IMG/VR virus record: IMGVR_UViG_3300032053_000017
Span: 32,001 to 96,000 of that record
DNA from: a virus
Direction: 5' to 3' (one strand)
Length of the DNA stretch: 64,000 nt
Shown here: positions 1-8,636 of the stretch, piece by piece
Layout: each line of letters begins with the position of its first letter
Position numbering within the stretch: the first letter of the stretch is position 1
Notes under the pieces: model-generated
What the model was told of the DNA's origin: nothing
The model's database searches: none
What the model saw: only the letters and a program-made list of their open reading frames with translations
Position numbers and translations under genes: made by a program

Positions 1-2
1 GC

Positions 3-311
3 GCCGAGATCATGTACGAGCACATCCCGATCTCGGACGGGCGACTGGCAACGCCTGTCGCAGATAAATTGACGGTTCTTGCGAGGCGTCTGGCCATCCA
101 CATCAAGCACGGGGGAGGGGTGCTCGTCTTCTGTAACGCGGGACGAAACCGTTCGGGGTTGCTTGCGGCTCTGATACTGCATGAGCTCTACCCCATATCA
201 GGTAACACGGCGCTTGGCTGGGTGCGCAGGGCACGGCCGCGGGCGGTGGCAAACGAACACTTCGCGCGGTATCTTAACAGTGTAGGGATCAATACGGAGG
301 CGGTGCTATGA
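3..311 (+). CDS. Dual-specificity/tyrosine phosphatase (probably 5'-truncated by window edge)
   Basis: CX5R loop VFCNAGRNRSG followed by helix and VRRARPRAV; frame is open to window start. Confidence 0.8.
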   Translation, partial: AEIMYEHIPISDGRLATPVADKLTVLARRLAIHIKHGGGVLVFCNAGRNRSGLLAALILHELYPISGNTALGWVRRARPRAVANEHFARYLNSVGINTEAVL

Positions 312-501
312 TTAGGGATAACCCCGCGGTTCAAATTGCTAGTGGGGTAAAGCTAGAGATGGCGTATGGGCAGCATACGGTGATTCAGGCGTGTCCCTCA
401 ATGGCCGATGTGTATCGTGCTGACCGGATAATCAACCTCGAGACGGGCGTCGTGCTGAAGGACCGTTGGGGTTCAGTGGGGTTGCCGAGGAAGTACGCGC
501 G

Positions 502-1065
502 ATGATCGTCAACCTGCGCGGACCTTCAGGAAGCGGTAAGTCCTACGTGGGACACCAGCTGTTGGACACATTTGGCGGCGAGCCTATCTTTGAGGATGGC
601 TGGAACAAGTTCTCGCCGCGACTGATAGGCTACAAGCTGCCAGACAACTTCTACCTGCTCGGCTCGTACCGAGCAAAGGGTGGAGGATTGGATACGCTCT
701 CGCCGCACGACAGGTCGGCACTGTTGCCGCTCATTGAGCGCTATGCTGCCATGGGGCATATCTTTTTCGAGGCGCTCGTGATCTCGAGCACTGTGCCATC
801 ATACATAGAGATGGCGCAGCGACTGAAAATGCCATTCATCTTCGCATTCCTGGACACGCCGGTGGATCTCTGCATCCAGCGGATCTATCAGCGAAACGGC
901 GGGAAACCTATCAAGGAGGATCCTGTCAAGGGGCACCACAAGTATATGACCCGGGTGGCTCAGCGGCTCCGTGATGCGGGCATGAAGACCGTGACCATCG
1001 ACTATAAGCGCTCGTTCGAAGAGGTCGTTAACCTCTTTCGCGCCGAGGGCTGGTATCCACTGTGA
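502..1065 (+). CDS. P-loop kinase resembling phage 5-hydroxymethyl-pyrimidine DNA kinase families
   Basis: MIVNLRGPSGSGKS Walker A; LLGSY..GGLDT and FFEALVISS motifs; sits in a base-modification cluster; ATG 502 overlaps previous stop. Confidence 0.7.
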   Translation: MIVNLRGPSGSGKSYVGHQLLDTFGGEPIFEDGWNKFSPRLIGYKLPDNFYLLGSYRAKGGGLDTLSPHDRSALLPLIERYAAMGHIFFEALVISSTVPSYIEMAQRLKMPFIFAFLDTPVDLCIQRIYQRNGGKPIKEDPVKGHHKYMTRVAQRLRDAGMKTVTIDYKRSFEEVVNLFRAEGWYPL

Positions 1066-1251
1066 CCGACGCTGAGCTTATAGCCCTGGCTGCCCTTGTA
1101 TGGGTTGAGACGCAAGGGATGATCGCGTTCAATGAGGAGAGGGCGCATGAGGGGTACGCTCCGGCTTATGGTGAACTTCTTTTTGTAACAAACCCTTCAA
1201 CATTGAAACTGCGGAAGGAACTAGAGCGGCGGGGCGTGCTGAAGGAGACTG

Positions 1252-2343
1252 ATGACAGTTAAACTAACTGGCGTCGGGGTTCATATCTACTCTGGTGGCT
1301 TCACCATTGGTATGGAGCAGGCCGGCGTTGAGGTTTTGGCACAGCTCGAGGAGCTTGACGCGGGGTTTGAGACGGCGCAGTTAAACCTCGCTACACGGAT
1401 GGATCATACTCTAGCGCCGTATGAGGACTGGCCGCTTAGGACGTATCAGAATAGAGTCAACATCGTGTATGCGAACCCCCCGTGTGCGCCGTGGAGTTTG
1501 GCAGGAGGTCGGAAGGGTATGGATGATCCGCGTATCGTCTATGCCATGGATTCGCTGGATGCGGGGCTGAAACTGAATGCGGACTTTATTGTGATCGAGT
1601 CGGTATGCCGCGCATGGTCGCCTACAGGCGGTCGGCCGTTGTTTGAGCGGTTTGCGCATAAGGCCATGAGGGATGGTTATGCCGTGACCATATTCTTCAC
1701 GAACGCGGTCTTGCATGGGGCGCCACAGTTGCGGCAACGGTTTCACTTTATCGCGCACAAGTATGAGATCAGGGATCTCTTCACCATAGCGCCCCTTACG
1801 TACGGTGACGTGTCTACAGTGTGGGATACCATTGGTGACCTTGAGGACCGTCCCGATGATGAAGCGTGGGGGCACAGTCGCACTGTTCCAGATGAGCGCG
1901 AGCTAAACGTGATACGCGACCTGCAGCAGGGCGAAAGTTGGGGTGATGCTTGGCGGCGCGTGATGGCGCGGGGGTTGCCCGCGAAGCCCGCACGGTTTAT
2001 CGCGCATAGACTGATCTACGACGCGCCGTGTGGGACCATCTTGGATATCGGTGCGATGGTGCACCCGACACAGGACCGAGTGCTGACGCTACGTGAGGGC
2101 GCGCGGCTGTGCGGCTACCCCGACGACTTCCAGTTCGCGCGGGGTAAACGTGGTTTCCACAACTCGGACGTGACACAGGCTGTCCTGCCGTTTGTGGGTC
2201 GGTACCTTGGTGCGGTATTCTCTCTAGGGATGAGGCGTGGACTACGGGTCGATGGGCGTGACGGCATAGAGGTCATCGACCTGCGGTCGTTTGCCAAGCC
2301 CTTCATGCCGAAGAAGTTCATAAGCGCTGGGAGGCCGGTGTAG
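1252..2343 (+). CDS. DNA cytosine-C5 methyltransferase (divergent)
   Basis: Motif I HIYSGGF, IV NPPC, VI ESV, VIII PQLRQR, IX HPTQDRVLTLREGARLCGYPDDF, X TQAVLP. Confidence 0.85.
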   Translation: MTVKLTGVGVHIYSGGFTIGMEQAGVEVLAQLEELDAGFETAQLNLATRMDHTLAPYEDWPLRTYQNRVNIVYANPPCAPWSLAGGRKGMDDPRIVYAMDSLDAGLKLNADFIVIESVCRAWSPTGGRPLFERFAHKAMRDGYAVTIFFTNAVLHGAPQLRQRFHFIAHKYEIRDLFTIAPLTYGDVSTVWDTIGDLEDRPDDEAWGHSRTVPDERELNVIRDLQQGESWGDAWRRVMARGLPAKPARFIAHRLIYDAPCGTILDIGAMVHPTQDRVLTLREGARLCGYPDDFQFARGKRGFHNSDVTQAVLPFVGRYLGAVFSLGMRRGLRVDGRDGIEVIDLRSFAKPFMPKKFISAGRPV

Positions 2344-3401
2344 TGGACTACGGACCATACATCGTACTCGAGGGTCCTGACGGCACTGGGAAGACAACCC
2401 TTGCCAACGAGATCATCAGGCGTACGGGCGCGAATTATGTCCACTGCGGGCCGCCAGACGGGCCGGCGCTCGAGTACTACCTTCGGAAGCTTCGCTCTGT
2501 CAAGGGTCCTGCGGTGGTGGATCGGCTGCACGTCGGCAGCTACTGCTATGGCATCGCCTTCAGGCACGCCCCGGACCTGACGGAGTTTGAGAACTGGCTG
2601 ATCGAGGGGTTCCTTTACGCGCATGGCGTGCAGCTTATAAACTGTGAGCTGCCGGCTGAGATGGTCGACAAGAACTTGGCGCGGGGACCCGATAACGCGG
2701 ACGCGGCGATATATGAGAATCCAGCGAAGCGTGAGCTTCTGCGGGAGCTCTATAAGGAGAGGATGCTGGCGACCGAGCTGCCGCTCGTGCACTATGACTA
2801 CACCTCCTACTGTGGTGCATTTGAGGATATCGCGAGCTACATCGGTAACGCTCTGCGCATAGATACTCGGGCGCATGAGAGCTTGACTGAGCTGGATGCG
2901 ATTGGAAATATGGTCAACCCACGGCATATCTTGATCGCTGATCGGCCGTCATGGTATGACAGCACGGAAAACAGGCTGCGTAAGCAGGGTCTACTGCCGA
3001 CATGGCGTGTTGAGTTCATGAAGCGGTTTAACCGACGATTCGGGGGACTGGTGCTTAACTCAACGTCTGGTCGGTACATGTACATGGCGCTTCAGAGCGC
3101 CCAACTCAGATTGCGCGACTTTGCGATGTTCAACTCGGTCCAGGGCGACGGGCGGCATCTGCCTGAGACAATGTGGGGGCTGCCGCTCAAGTTTTGGACA
3201 CAGGCGGGTGATATTGTGGCATTGGGGCGTAACGCAGGTAGCGAACTGGCACGTGCCAATGTGCCCTACCGGGCCGTGCCGCACCCGCAGCATGTCAGAC
3301 GCTTTCACTACAAGGATGTTATGCGCTATGGGGCGGCATTGACTGACCCGAAGCAGCCCTGGGAGTGTGAGACTAGCTACTGCAAGACGGGAGAGTGGTA
3401 G
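2343..3401 (+). CDS. dNMP (thymidylate-type) kinase fused to a uracil-DNA-glycosylase-like domain
   Basis: N-term IVLEGPDGTGKTT and VVDR; C-term IGN..ILIADRP, SGRYM, IVALGRNA, VPHPQH. Confidence 0.7.
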   Translation: MDYGPYIVLEGPDGTGKTTLANEIIRRTGANYVHCGPPDGPALEYYLRKLRSVKGPAVVDRLHVGSYCYGIAFRHAPDLTEFENWLIEGFLYAHGVQLINCELPAEMVDKNLARGPDNADAAIYENPAKRELLRELYKERMLATELPLVHYDYTSYCGAFEDIASYIGNALRIDTRAHESLTELDAIGNMVNPRHILIADRPSWYDSTENRLRKQGLLPTWRVEFMKRFNRRFGGLVLNSTSGRYMYMALQSAQLRLRDFAMFNSVQGDGRHLPETMWGLPLKFWTQAGDIVALGRNAGSELARANVPYRAVPHPQHVRRFHYKDVMRYGAALTDPKQPWECETSYCKTGEW

Positions 3402-3402
3402 G

Positions 3403-4266
3403 ATGAACCCTACTATATTCGCTGGTGAGGACGCGACAGGACTTTGGCTCAGGGCGCTTAGAGGACTGATCAACGAGGGCGAGAGGGTCAGTCCGCGTGG
3501 GATGGGGACGCTTGAGCTGCGGCCGGCTATCTTGTCATTGCGTGACCCGCGGAAGCGGTGGGTTCAGGTGCCAGAGCGTAAGCTGTCAAAGGCGTTGGGC
3601 TACATCGAGGCGTTTCTACTGTTGACTGGTATGAGTGATGCGGAGCTGCTGGTGAAGGCCGCGCCGCAGTATGCTAACTTTGTCAACCCGGAGACCAAGA
3701 CGCTTGACGGGGCGTATGGGCCGCGTGTCGGTCCGCAACTTGACTACATCCGTGAGCTACTGAGGCGTGACCCGGACACCAGGCAGGCCGTCGTCACTAT
3801 CTTTGGACCAGCTGACCATCATGAGTCGCGGGACGTGCCGTGTACGGTCAGTTTGCACTTCATGGTGCGAGATGGGGCGCTTGAGCTTATCGTCTACATG
3901 CGGTCTAACGATGTCTGGCTAGGATGGCCTTACGATGTCGTGATGTTTACGGTGTTGCATGAGGCGTTGGCTGTTGATCTGGGACTGGCGCTTGGGCAGT
4001 ACACACACGTGGCTGGGTCGCTTCACCTCTATGATAGAAACAGCGACAAGGCCGTTAGGATCGCGGCGGAGTACGGCGGAAGATGGACTGAATCTGACGT
4101 GCCAATGCCAGAGGGCGCGACGCTTGAGGAACTGCAGGGTTATGCGCGCGCGCTGCTTTCAGCGTATAGGCGTGACCTGACGGTGAAAGATGTTTTGGGC
4201 AGTTTTAGCAGACTGCCAGCATTCTTCAAGGCCGCTGCTCGTGAGATGCTGGAGAAGGAGGCATAG
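3403..4266 (+). CDS. Thymidylate synthase homologue, likely dCMP-modifying (hydroxymethylase-like)
   Basis: GAYGPR, DPDTRQAV, catalytic DVPCT, MRSNDVWLGWPYD, YTHVAGSLHLY; Asp at the specificity position. Confidence 0.85.
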   Translation: MNPTIFAGEDATGLWLRALRGLINEGERVSPRGMGTLELRPAILSLRDPRKRWVQVPERKLSKALGYIEAFLLLTGMSDAELLVKAAPQYANFVNPETKTLDGAYGPRVGPQLDYIRELLRRDPDTRQAVVTIFGPADHHESRDVPCTVSLHFMVRDGALELIVYMRSNDVWLGWPYDVVMFTVLHEALAVDLGLALGQYTHVAGSLHLYDRNSDKAVRIAAEYGGRWTESDVPMPEGATLEELQGYARALLSAYRRDLTVKDVLGSFSRLPAFFKAAAREMLEKEA

Positions 4267-4268
4267 CG

Positions 4269-4553
4269 ATGCCGCACATTCCAGAGCGACGACGTGACGA
4301 TATTGACTTGTCCAGGGAAGGACGCAACAGCGCTGGGGAGTGCGATGGGCCAGGTGAGCTCAACTGGGCATTGACGGAGGTTGTTATCGGCTACCTTCTG
4401 GCGAAGGGCCTGAGCTATAGAACGTGCAACGACATTGTCGGCGCGCTGGACAACGCCAAGGACGAGTTCCGCCGGCTTGTACAGCATCCATACGAGGACC
4501 GGAAGATAGTGGAGAATGGGAATGCCTATCCCAAGGAGGTCTTGTCATGCTGA
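4269..4553 (+). CDS. Conserved phage helical protein (DUF6899-like)
   Basis: MPHI..GELNWALT..SYRTCNDIVGAL..AKDEFRR..PYED.KI.ENG pattern. Confidence 0.6.
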   Translation: MPHIPERRRDDIDLSREGRNSAGECDGPGELNWALTEVVIGYLLAKGLSYRTCNDIVGALDNAKDEFRRLVQHPYEDRKIVENGNAYPKEVLSC

Positions 4554-4999
4554 ACCTCTATCTAGCAGGCCCTATAACGGGCTGCACCTACAAGGGGGCG
4601 ACCAACTGGCGCGCGTCGTTTGCCGAGCGGGTTAAGGAGCTCGGGTACAACGTGTACAGCCCGATGCGGGGCAAGGAGCACCTGTCGCGGGTCAAACGGC
4701 TCAGGCCGCACGGTTATGACAACCCGACGTCGATTGACAAGGCGATCATGCGTCGTGATTCATTTGATGTCAGGCGCGCTGACGTCGTATTGGCTAACTT
4801 GCATGGCGCCGAGATCGTGAGTATCGGGACGATGTTCGAGCTCGCCTGGGGATACATCCTCGGGAAGTTCGTTCTCGTTGTCATGGATGATACGGACAAG
4901 ATACACGACCACGCGTTCGTTGAGCAGTCGGCCAGCACAATCGTTGAGTCGCTCGAGGACGCTGAGCGGGTGCTTGAGGTCTTGGCGGGTAGCCTCTAA
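4547..4999 (+). CDS. Nucleoside 2-deoxyribosyltransferase / nucleotide N-hydrolase
   Basis: YLAGPI, D..DVRRADVVLANL, SIGTMFELAW..LGK; RBS AAGGAGG. Confidence 0.8.
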   Translation: MLNLYLAGPITGCTYKGATNWRASFAERVKELGYNVYSPMRGKEHLSRVKRLRPHGYDNPTSIDKAIMRRDSFDVRRADVVLANLHGAEIVSIGTMFELAWGYILGKFVLVVMDDTDKIHDHAFVEQSASTIVESLEDAERVLEVLAGSL

Positions 5000-5859
5000 T
5001 GCCGACGGGAGGCGGAGGTATCGGACGGTTGCTGCGGCAACTCGGGTCTGATGATTGGCTTGGGCGAATCATGGACTCGTACTTCAACAAGTCGTCATCT
5101 GAGAGGTGGAACCCGCCCGACTATACGGTTCATCCTAGCGGGTGCGGGAACGCTTGCGCTTTGTCTATTGAACTGAGTATGCTGGGGCACCGTGGCGCGG
5201 TAAAGGGTAAGAATCGACGTCGCATGGACAACGGCATCGCTGCCCATGAGCGGTGGACTCGGTATTTCCGCGAGATGGGGATCTTGGTCGCCGCGGAGTG
5301 GAACCTCAAGATGGTGGACCCGGTTACAAGCGGTAAACTTGATGACATCATTCAGAATCCGGGTACAGGCGACCTGTATATGGTCGAGGTCAAGACCACG
5401 AATACCCGAAAGTTTGGGGAGCTTTCAAAGCCGATTGCAGACCACGTCGCGAATGGGGTGATGCTTTACAGGTGGCATCGTGAGTGGTACCTGCAGTTTG
5501 TATTCTATCTGACGCACGCCGATTACAACGGCCGGCGATTTGAGGGTGGACTGTTCGTTGTAGAGAACACCGACAATCAGGACTATATGATCATCTATGC
5601 CAAGCCTTCGGCAGAACACATTGCCGAGGCAGAACGGAATGCGGTGGCCGCGCAGCGGTCGGTGATGCATGGCGAGATGATATCGCGTCCGTTCCAGCAC
5701 GGCGATCATGCCTGCAGGTGGTGCGACCACGTCGCACTCTGCGGGTTGTTAGATGAGGGAGATGAGAACGCATGGAGCCTAGCAGCCAGCCAGTTCAAGA
5801 GGTTGAGCTTAACGCTGAAGACGAAACCCCCAGCGGGTGGACCTGGCGTAACGCCGTAG
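4999..5859 (+). CDS. Cas4-like PD-(D/E)XK exonuclease
   Basis: HPS..C, GKLD, EVKT, QFVFY and C-terminal CRWCDHVALC Fe-S ligands. Confidence 0.8.
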   Translation: MPTGGGGIGRLLRQLGSDDWLGRIMDSYFNKSSSERWNPPDYTVHPSGCGNACALSIELSMLGHRGAVKGKNRRRMDNGIAAHERWTRYFREMGILVAAEWNLKMVDPVTSGKLDDIIQNPGTGDLYMVEVKTTNTRKFGELSKPIADHVANGVMLYRWHREWYLQFVFYLTHADYNGRRFEGGLFVVENTDNQDYMIIYAKPSAEHIAEAERNAVAAQRSVMHGEMISRPFQHGDHACRWCDHVALCGLLDEGDENAWSLAASQFKRLSLTLKTKPPAGGPGVTP

Positions 5860-6323
5860 AGAAGGCCGATGCGCTCGTCAAGGCGCATCAGTTTCCGAAC
5901 CCGAAGCGACCTGACGGCCTGGGGTCTGAATATGAGTTTCCGACCGATCCGCGTACGTTGACCAGCGAAAAACTGGGGGGCTTGCGGTTGATGCTGTCGG
6001 CGTTTCACGGCTACCTGCTGTGGCTTATCGGGAAGGAGGACGTTGAGCTTTCGGCGTTTGAGAGCGTGTATGACCTCATTCTTGGTGATGCTATGAACAA
6101 GATCCAGCACGAGCAGCCGAAACGTCTGGTAACCGACGTGCTGCGTGCTGTGACTATTATGGGCAACAAGACGTTGCTTCGACTGACCCGAGCGGTGATC
6201 GAGCGGCGCGCGAAACTTGGACGGCTTCGCGCCCAGTTGTCGGTCTACGAGGCGCATTTGAGCGCGCTTTCGCGTGAACAGTCCCGTCGGGAAATGGAGG
6301 CTAGACTCGGGATCCCGTCATGA
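5772..6323 (+). CDS. Hypothetical helical protein (start uncertain)
   Basis: Long ORF in operon with coiled-coil C-terminus LSALSREQSRR. Confidence 0.5.
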   Translation: MEPSSQPVQEVELNAEDETPSGWTWRNAVEKADALVKAHQFPNPKRPDGLGSEYEFPTDPRTLTSEKLGGLRLMLSAFHGYLLWLIGKEDVELSAFESVYDLILGDAMNKIQHEQPKRLVTDVLRAVTIMGNKTLLRLTRAVIERRAKLGRLRAQLSVYEAHLSALSREQSRREMEARLGIPS

Positions 6324-6592
6324 CGCATCTGTCGCGGAAATGGTTCCTGGGGGCGGCACACGCAACGACTCCCGTCGGCTGGCGCAAGCTTATTGATTGT
6401 AGCTCGGACTGCGACTCGTGCCCTCTGGCGGTCAACGGGTGCGCAAAGAACTGCACGAGGTGGGATACGCTGATCTGCTTTGACTGCCCCTGTCTAGGGC
6501 ACCCGTGCTGCCTAGACGACCCTAAGATGTGTGTGGACCCGACTGCGGCGGATATCGTGGATATGCCGTGCAAGGATCCGCTGAAACGGTAG
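6320..6592 (+). CDS. Small Cys-rich protein
   Basis: About 12 Cys in 90 aa; ATGA overlap with upstream stop. Confidence 0.55.
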   Translation: MTHLSRKWFLGAAHATTPVGWRKLIDCSSDCDSCPLAVNGCAKNCTRWDTLICFDCPCLGHPCCLDDPKMCVDPTAADIVDMPCKDPLKR

Positions 6593-6594
6593 GT

Positions 6595-6623
6595 TTTGGA
6601 ACAGATAGCAGGAGGGTTATGAT
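6595..6623 (+). promoter_or_regulatory. Promoter (variant of GGTTTC-N19-TAnnnT), leaderless start
   Basis: TTTGGA-17nt-TATGAT with ATG 6 nt downstream. Confidence 0.45.
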
Positions 6624-6629
6624 AAAGCT

Positions 6630-6815
6630 ATGGCTGATGCTGACCTAATCGGCGCCGGCATTGCCATCGCGGGTGTTGTAAGCGCTCTCGTTGGCGTCTT
6701 TCTGCCGGATAACTTCTTACGGTGGCAATTTGACCGAAGTACAGCCCTTGGGCTGGCGCTTATCTTTGTGATCATTGGGTGCGCTACGGTGGCGCTGACT
6801 GGAGGTTTGTCATAA
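6630..6815 (+). CDS. Small two-TM membrane protein
   Basis: Two hydrophobic stretches. Confidence 0.55.
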   Translation: MADADLIGAGIAIAGVVSALVGVFLPDNFLRWQFDRSTALGLALIFVIIGCATVALTGGLS

Positions 6816-7354
6816 TGGGTAAGAAGAAGGACGAGGCACCCCTACAGGGCCAGGTCCTGGGGTCGACCTTGCCGGAGGAGGATGCCAAGTCGTTGGAAGA
6901 AACTGGGCAGCCGGTGCAACTTCCGAGTCTTGTTGAGGCTGTGGGCACTTGGGATGTCCTGCGCAAGGAGATCGTGGAACGGCAGGCAGAGCTCAGGGAT
7001 CTGTTGGAGGGCGCTGAGACGCTTCGGCAGTTCCTGCTCTCGTCGTATGGCGTTGCGGTAGCGAGTCTGGGGCAGACTACAGCTGCGCCGGCTGAGTCTA
7101 CGACACCGGGGCTGGCTGAATCTACGACACCGGGTCCGGCTGAGTCTACGAGACCGGGGCCGGCGGGTGGTGAGACGTATACGCCGCCTCTACAGGGTCC
7201 GATCTACGACCCGGTGCAGACAGGGCCTATGACCGAGGCGCAGGTTGATGGCATCAGAAAAGATGCAGCGATCCCTGGCGGGGACTCAGCGTCATTCGGC
7301 GCGGGCATTCAGGGCGTGCTTGATTCTGTCAGACGGACATTTGCTGGGAGGTAA
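6815..7354 (+). CDS. Hypothetical protein with AEST(T/R)PG x3 repeat
   Basis: RBS GGAGG; 24-bp tandem repeat at about 7090-7160. Confidence 0.55.
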   Translation: MGKKKDEAPLQGQVLGSTLPEEDAKSLEETGQPVQLPSLVEAVGTWDVLRKEIVERQAELRDLLEGAETLRQFLLSSYGVAVASLGQTTAAPAESTTPGLAESTTPGPAESTRPGPAGGETYTPPLQGPIYDPVQTGPMTEAQVDGIRKDAAIPGGDSASFGAGIQGVLDSVRRTFAGR

Positions 7355-7959
7355 TGATGGGTGAGAACATGAAGGCTGTGGGCCCTGCGATCTCGGGGTT
7401 TTCGCTTGACGTTAACACGTTGATGACCATGGAGGCTGAGGAACTGGGTCGGCTGGTGCCGATGTTCTACAGTGCTCCTGAGCTCAACGTAGAGCCGTTC
7501 TTGCGAGCGCGGCGGGAGTTGATGGAGCCTGCGGCGGTGTCCTACACTATGCCGGATGTAACCGCGGTATGGTTCGAGAGTTTTACTGGCGCTGAGCCTA
7601 CGCTCAACTACCCGGACTTCGTCAAGGGGGTGAGCTGCGCTGCTCTGGGGGTAGAACTTGACGACATTGAACTGGTCAAGGGTACCATACGGTTGCTGTC
7701 TGAGCGGGTTATGGCCGGTGGGGATCTGCCCCCGCTTGACACGCGGTTCGGGCCGGCCGTCAAGGAGTGTTACGCCGTGATCTTGGCGAATGGCGAGCCC
7801 ATAAGCTGGCGTGGACTCATGGCCTATACGCTGGGTGCATTCTGGCTGCTGGGGTTCATTATCAACCCTACAAAGCGCATTGGTAAGCGGCGCAGTCCGC
7901 TTGAGTTTGTGCAGGGGTTCATCGAGTACTACGGACGTCTCGGATACATGCCGTCTTAA
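7354..7959 (+). CDS. Hypothetical protein
   Basis: 201-aa ORF, RBS GGGAGG, coupled to previous gene. Confidence 0.55.
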   Translation: MMGENMKAVGPAISGFSLDVNTLMTMEAEELGRLVPMFYSAPELNVEPFLRARRELMEPAAVSYTMPDVTAVWFESFTGAEPTLNYPDFVKGVSCAALGVELDDIELVKGTIRLLSERVMAGGDLPPLDTRFGPAVKECYAVILANGEPISWRGLMAYTLGAFWLLGFIINPTKRIGKRRSPLEFVQGFIEYYGRLGYMPS

Positions 7960-7976
7960 CGGTCTGGGAGGTCATT

Positions 7977-8636
7977 GTGGCCGGAATGTTTGGGCCTGAT
8001 CATCCCTTGTGGGATGTCTTCATCTCTTTGCGTCGTAACGGGGTGGCGATCAAGACGCTTGTCGTTATGGCCGGTGATTACGATCCTCCCTATAGTTTGA
8101 CATGGCGTCAGATTTACAGGGGTATGCAGCGTGCGCCGGCGACATTTGGGCTACCGACAAAGAGTGCTCTCTGGCTAGCCCATAAGTATGCAGCTATCGA
8201 GGGTAAGATCAGTGCCTACAAGACGATGGCCCATATCTTGGGTGAATCTCTAGAGCGTCTGCAGAAGATGCACGTCGATCTGGCGGTTGCTGATACTCCG
8301 GAGCGGCGCTATGCTTTGGAGCACACCTACATCCCAGGCGAGATGAAGACAGCGTTTGAGTACGCCCAGGTGATCGCGAGTCTTGATATCGAGATCCGCA
8401 GGGCGCTTGGGCATGATGTTACACCGCAGGGTTCACTCAATGTTGGGACCCAGAACGTCATTGTACTTGCCGCCAAGGACATCGTGGAGTTCTCGCGGCA
8501 GCTGGGCCAGGAGTTCACAAGCCTGATCAGCGCGGGGTCGGCTGAGGAGGCCGCCATCAACCAGTTTGGCAATGATAACGTGCGCGCCGTGGATGACCTC
8601 AAGGCAGATGTTATTGATGAGGATGAGGTGGAGTGA
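7977..8636 (+). CDS. Putative terminase small subunit
   Basis: Helical protein immediately upstream of and overlapping terL; positional inference only. Confidence 0.4.
   Translation: MAGMFGPDHPLWDVFISLRRNGVAIKTLVVMAGDYDPPYSLTWRQIYRGMQRAPATFGLPTKSALWLAHKYAAIEGKISAYKTMAHILGESLERLQKMHVDLAVADTPERRYALEHTYIPGEMKTAFEYAQVIASLDIEIRRALGHDVTPQGSLNVGTQNVIVLAAKDIVEFSRQLGQEFTSLISAGSAEEAAINQFGNDNVRAVDDLKADVIDEDEVE

Noticed and set aside
4999-5859. CRISPR-Cas locus suggested by the Cas4-like gene
   Set aside because: No cas1/cas2 and no repeat-spacer array seen; stand-alone Cas4-like nucleases are common in phages
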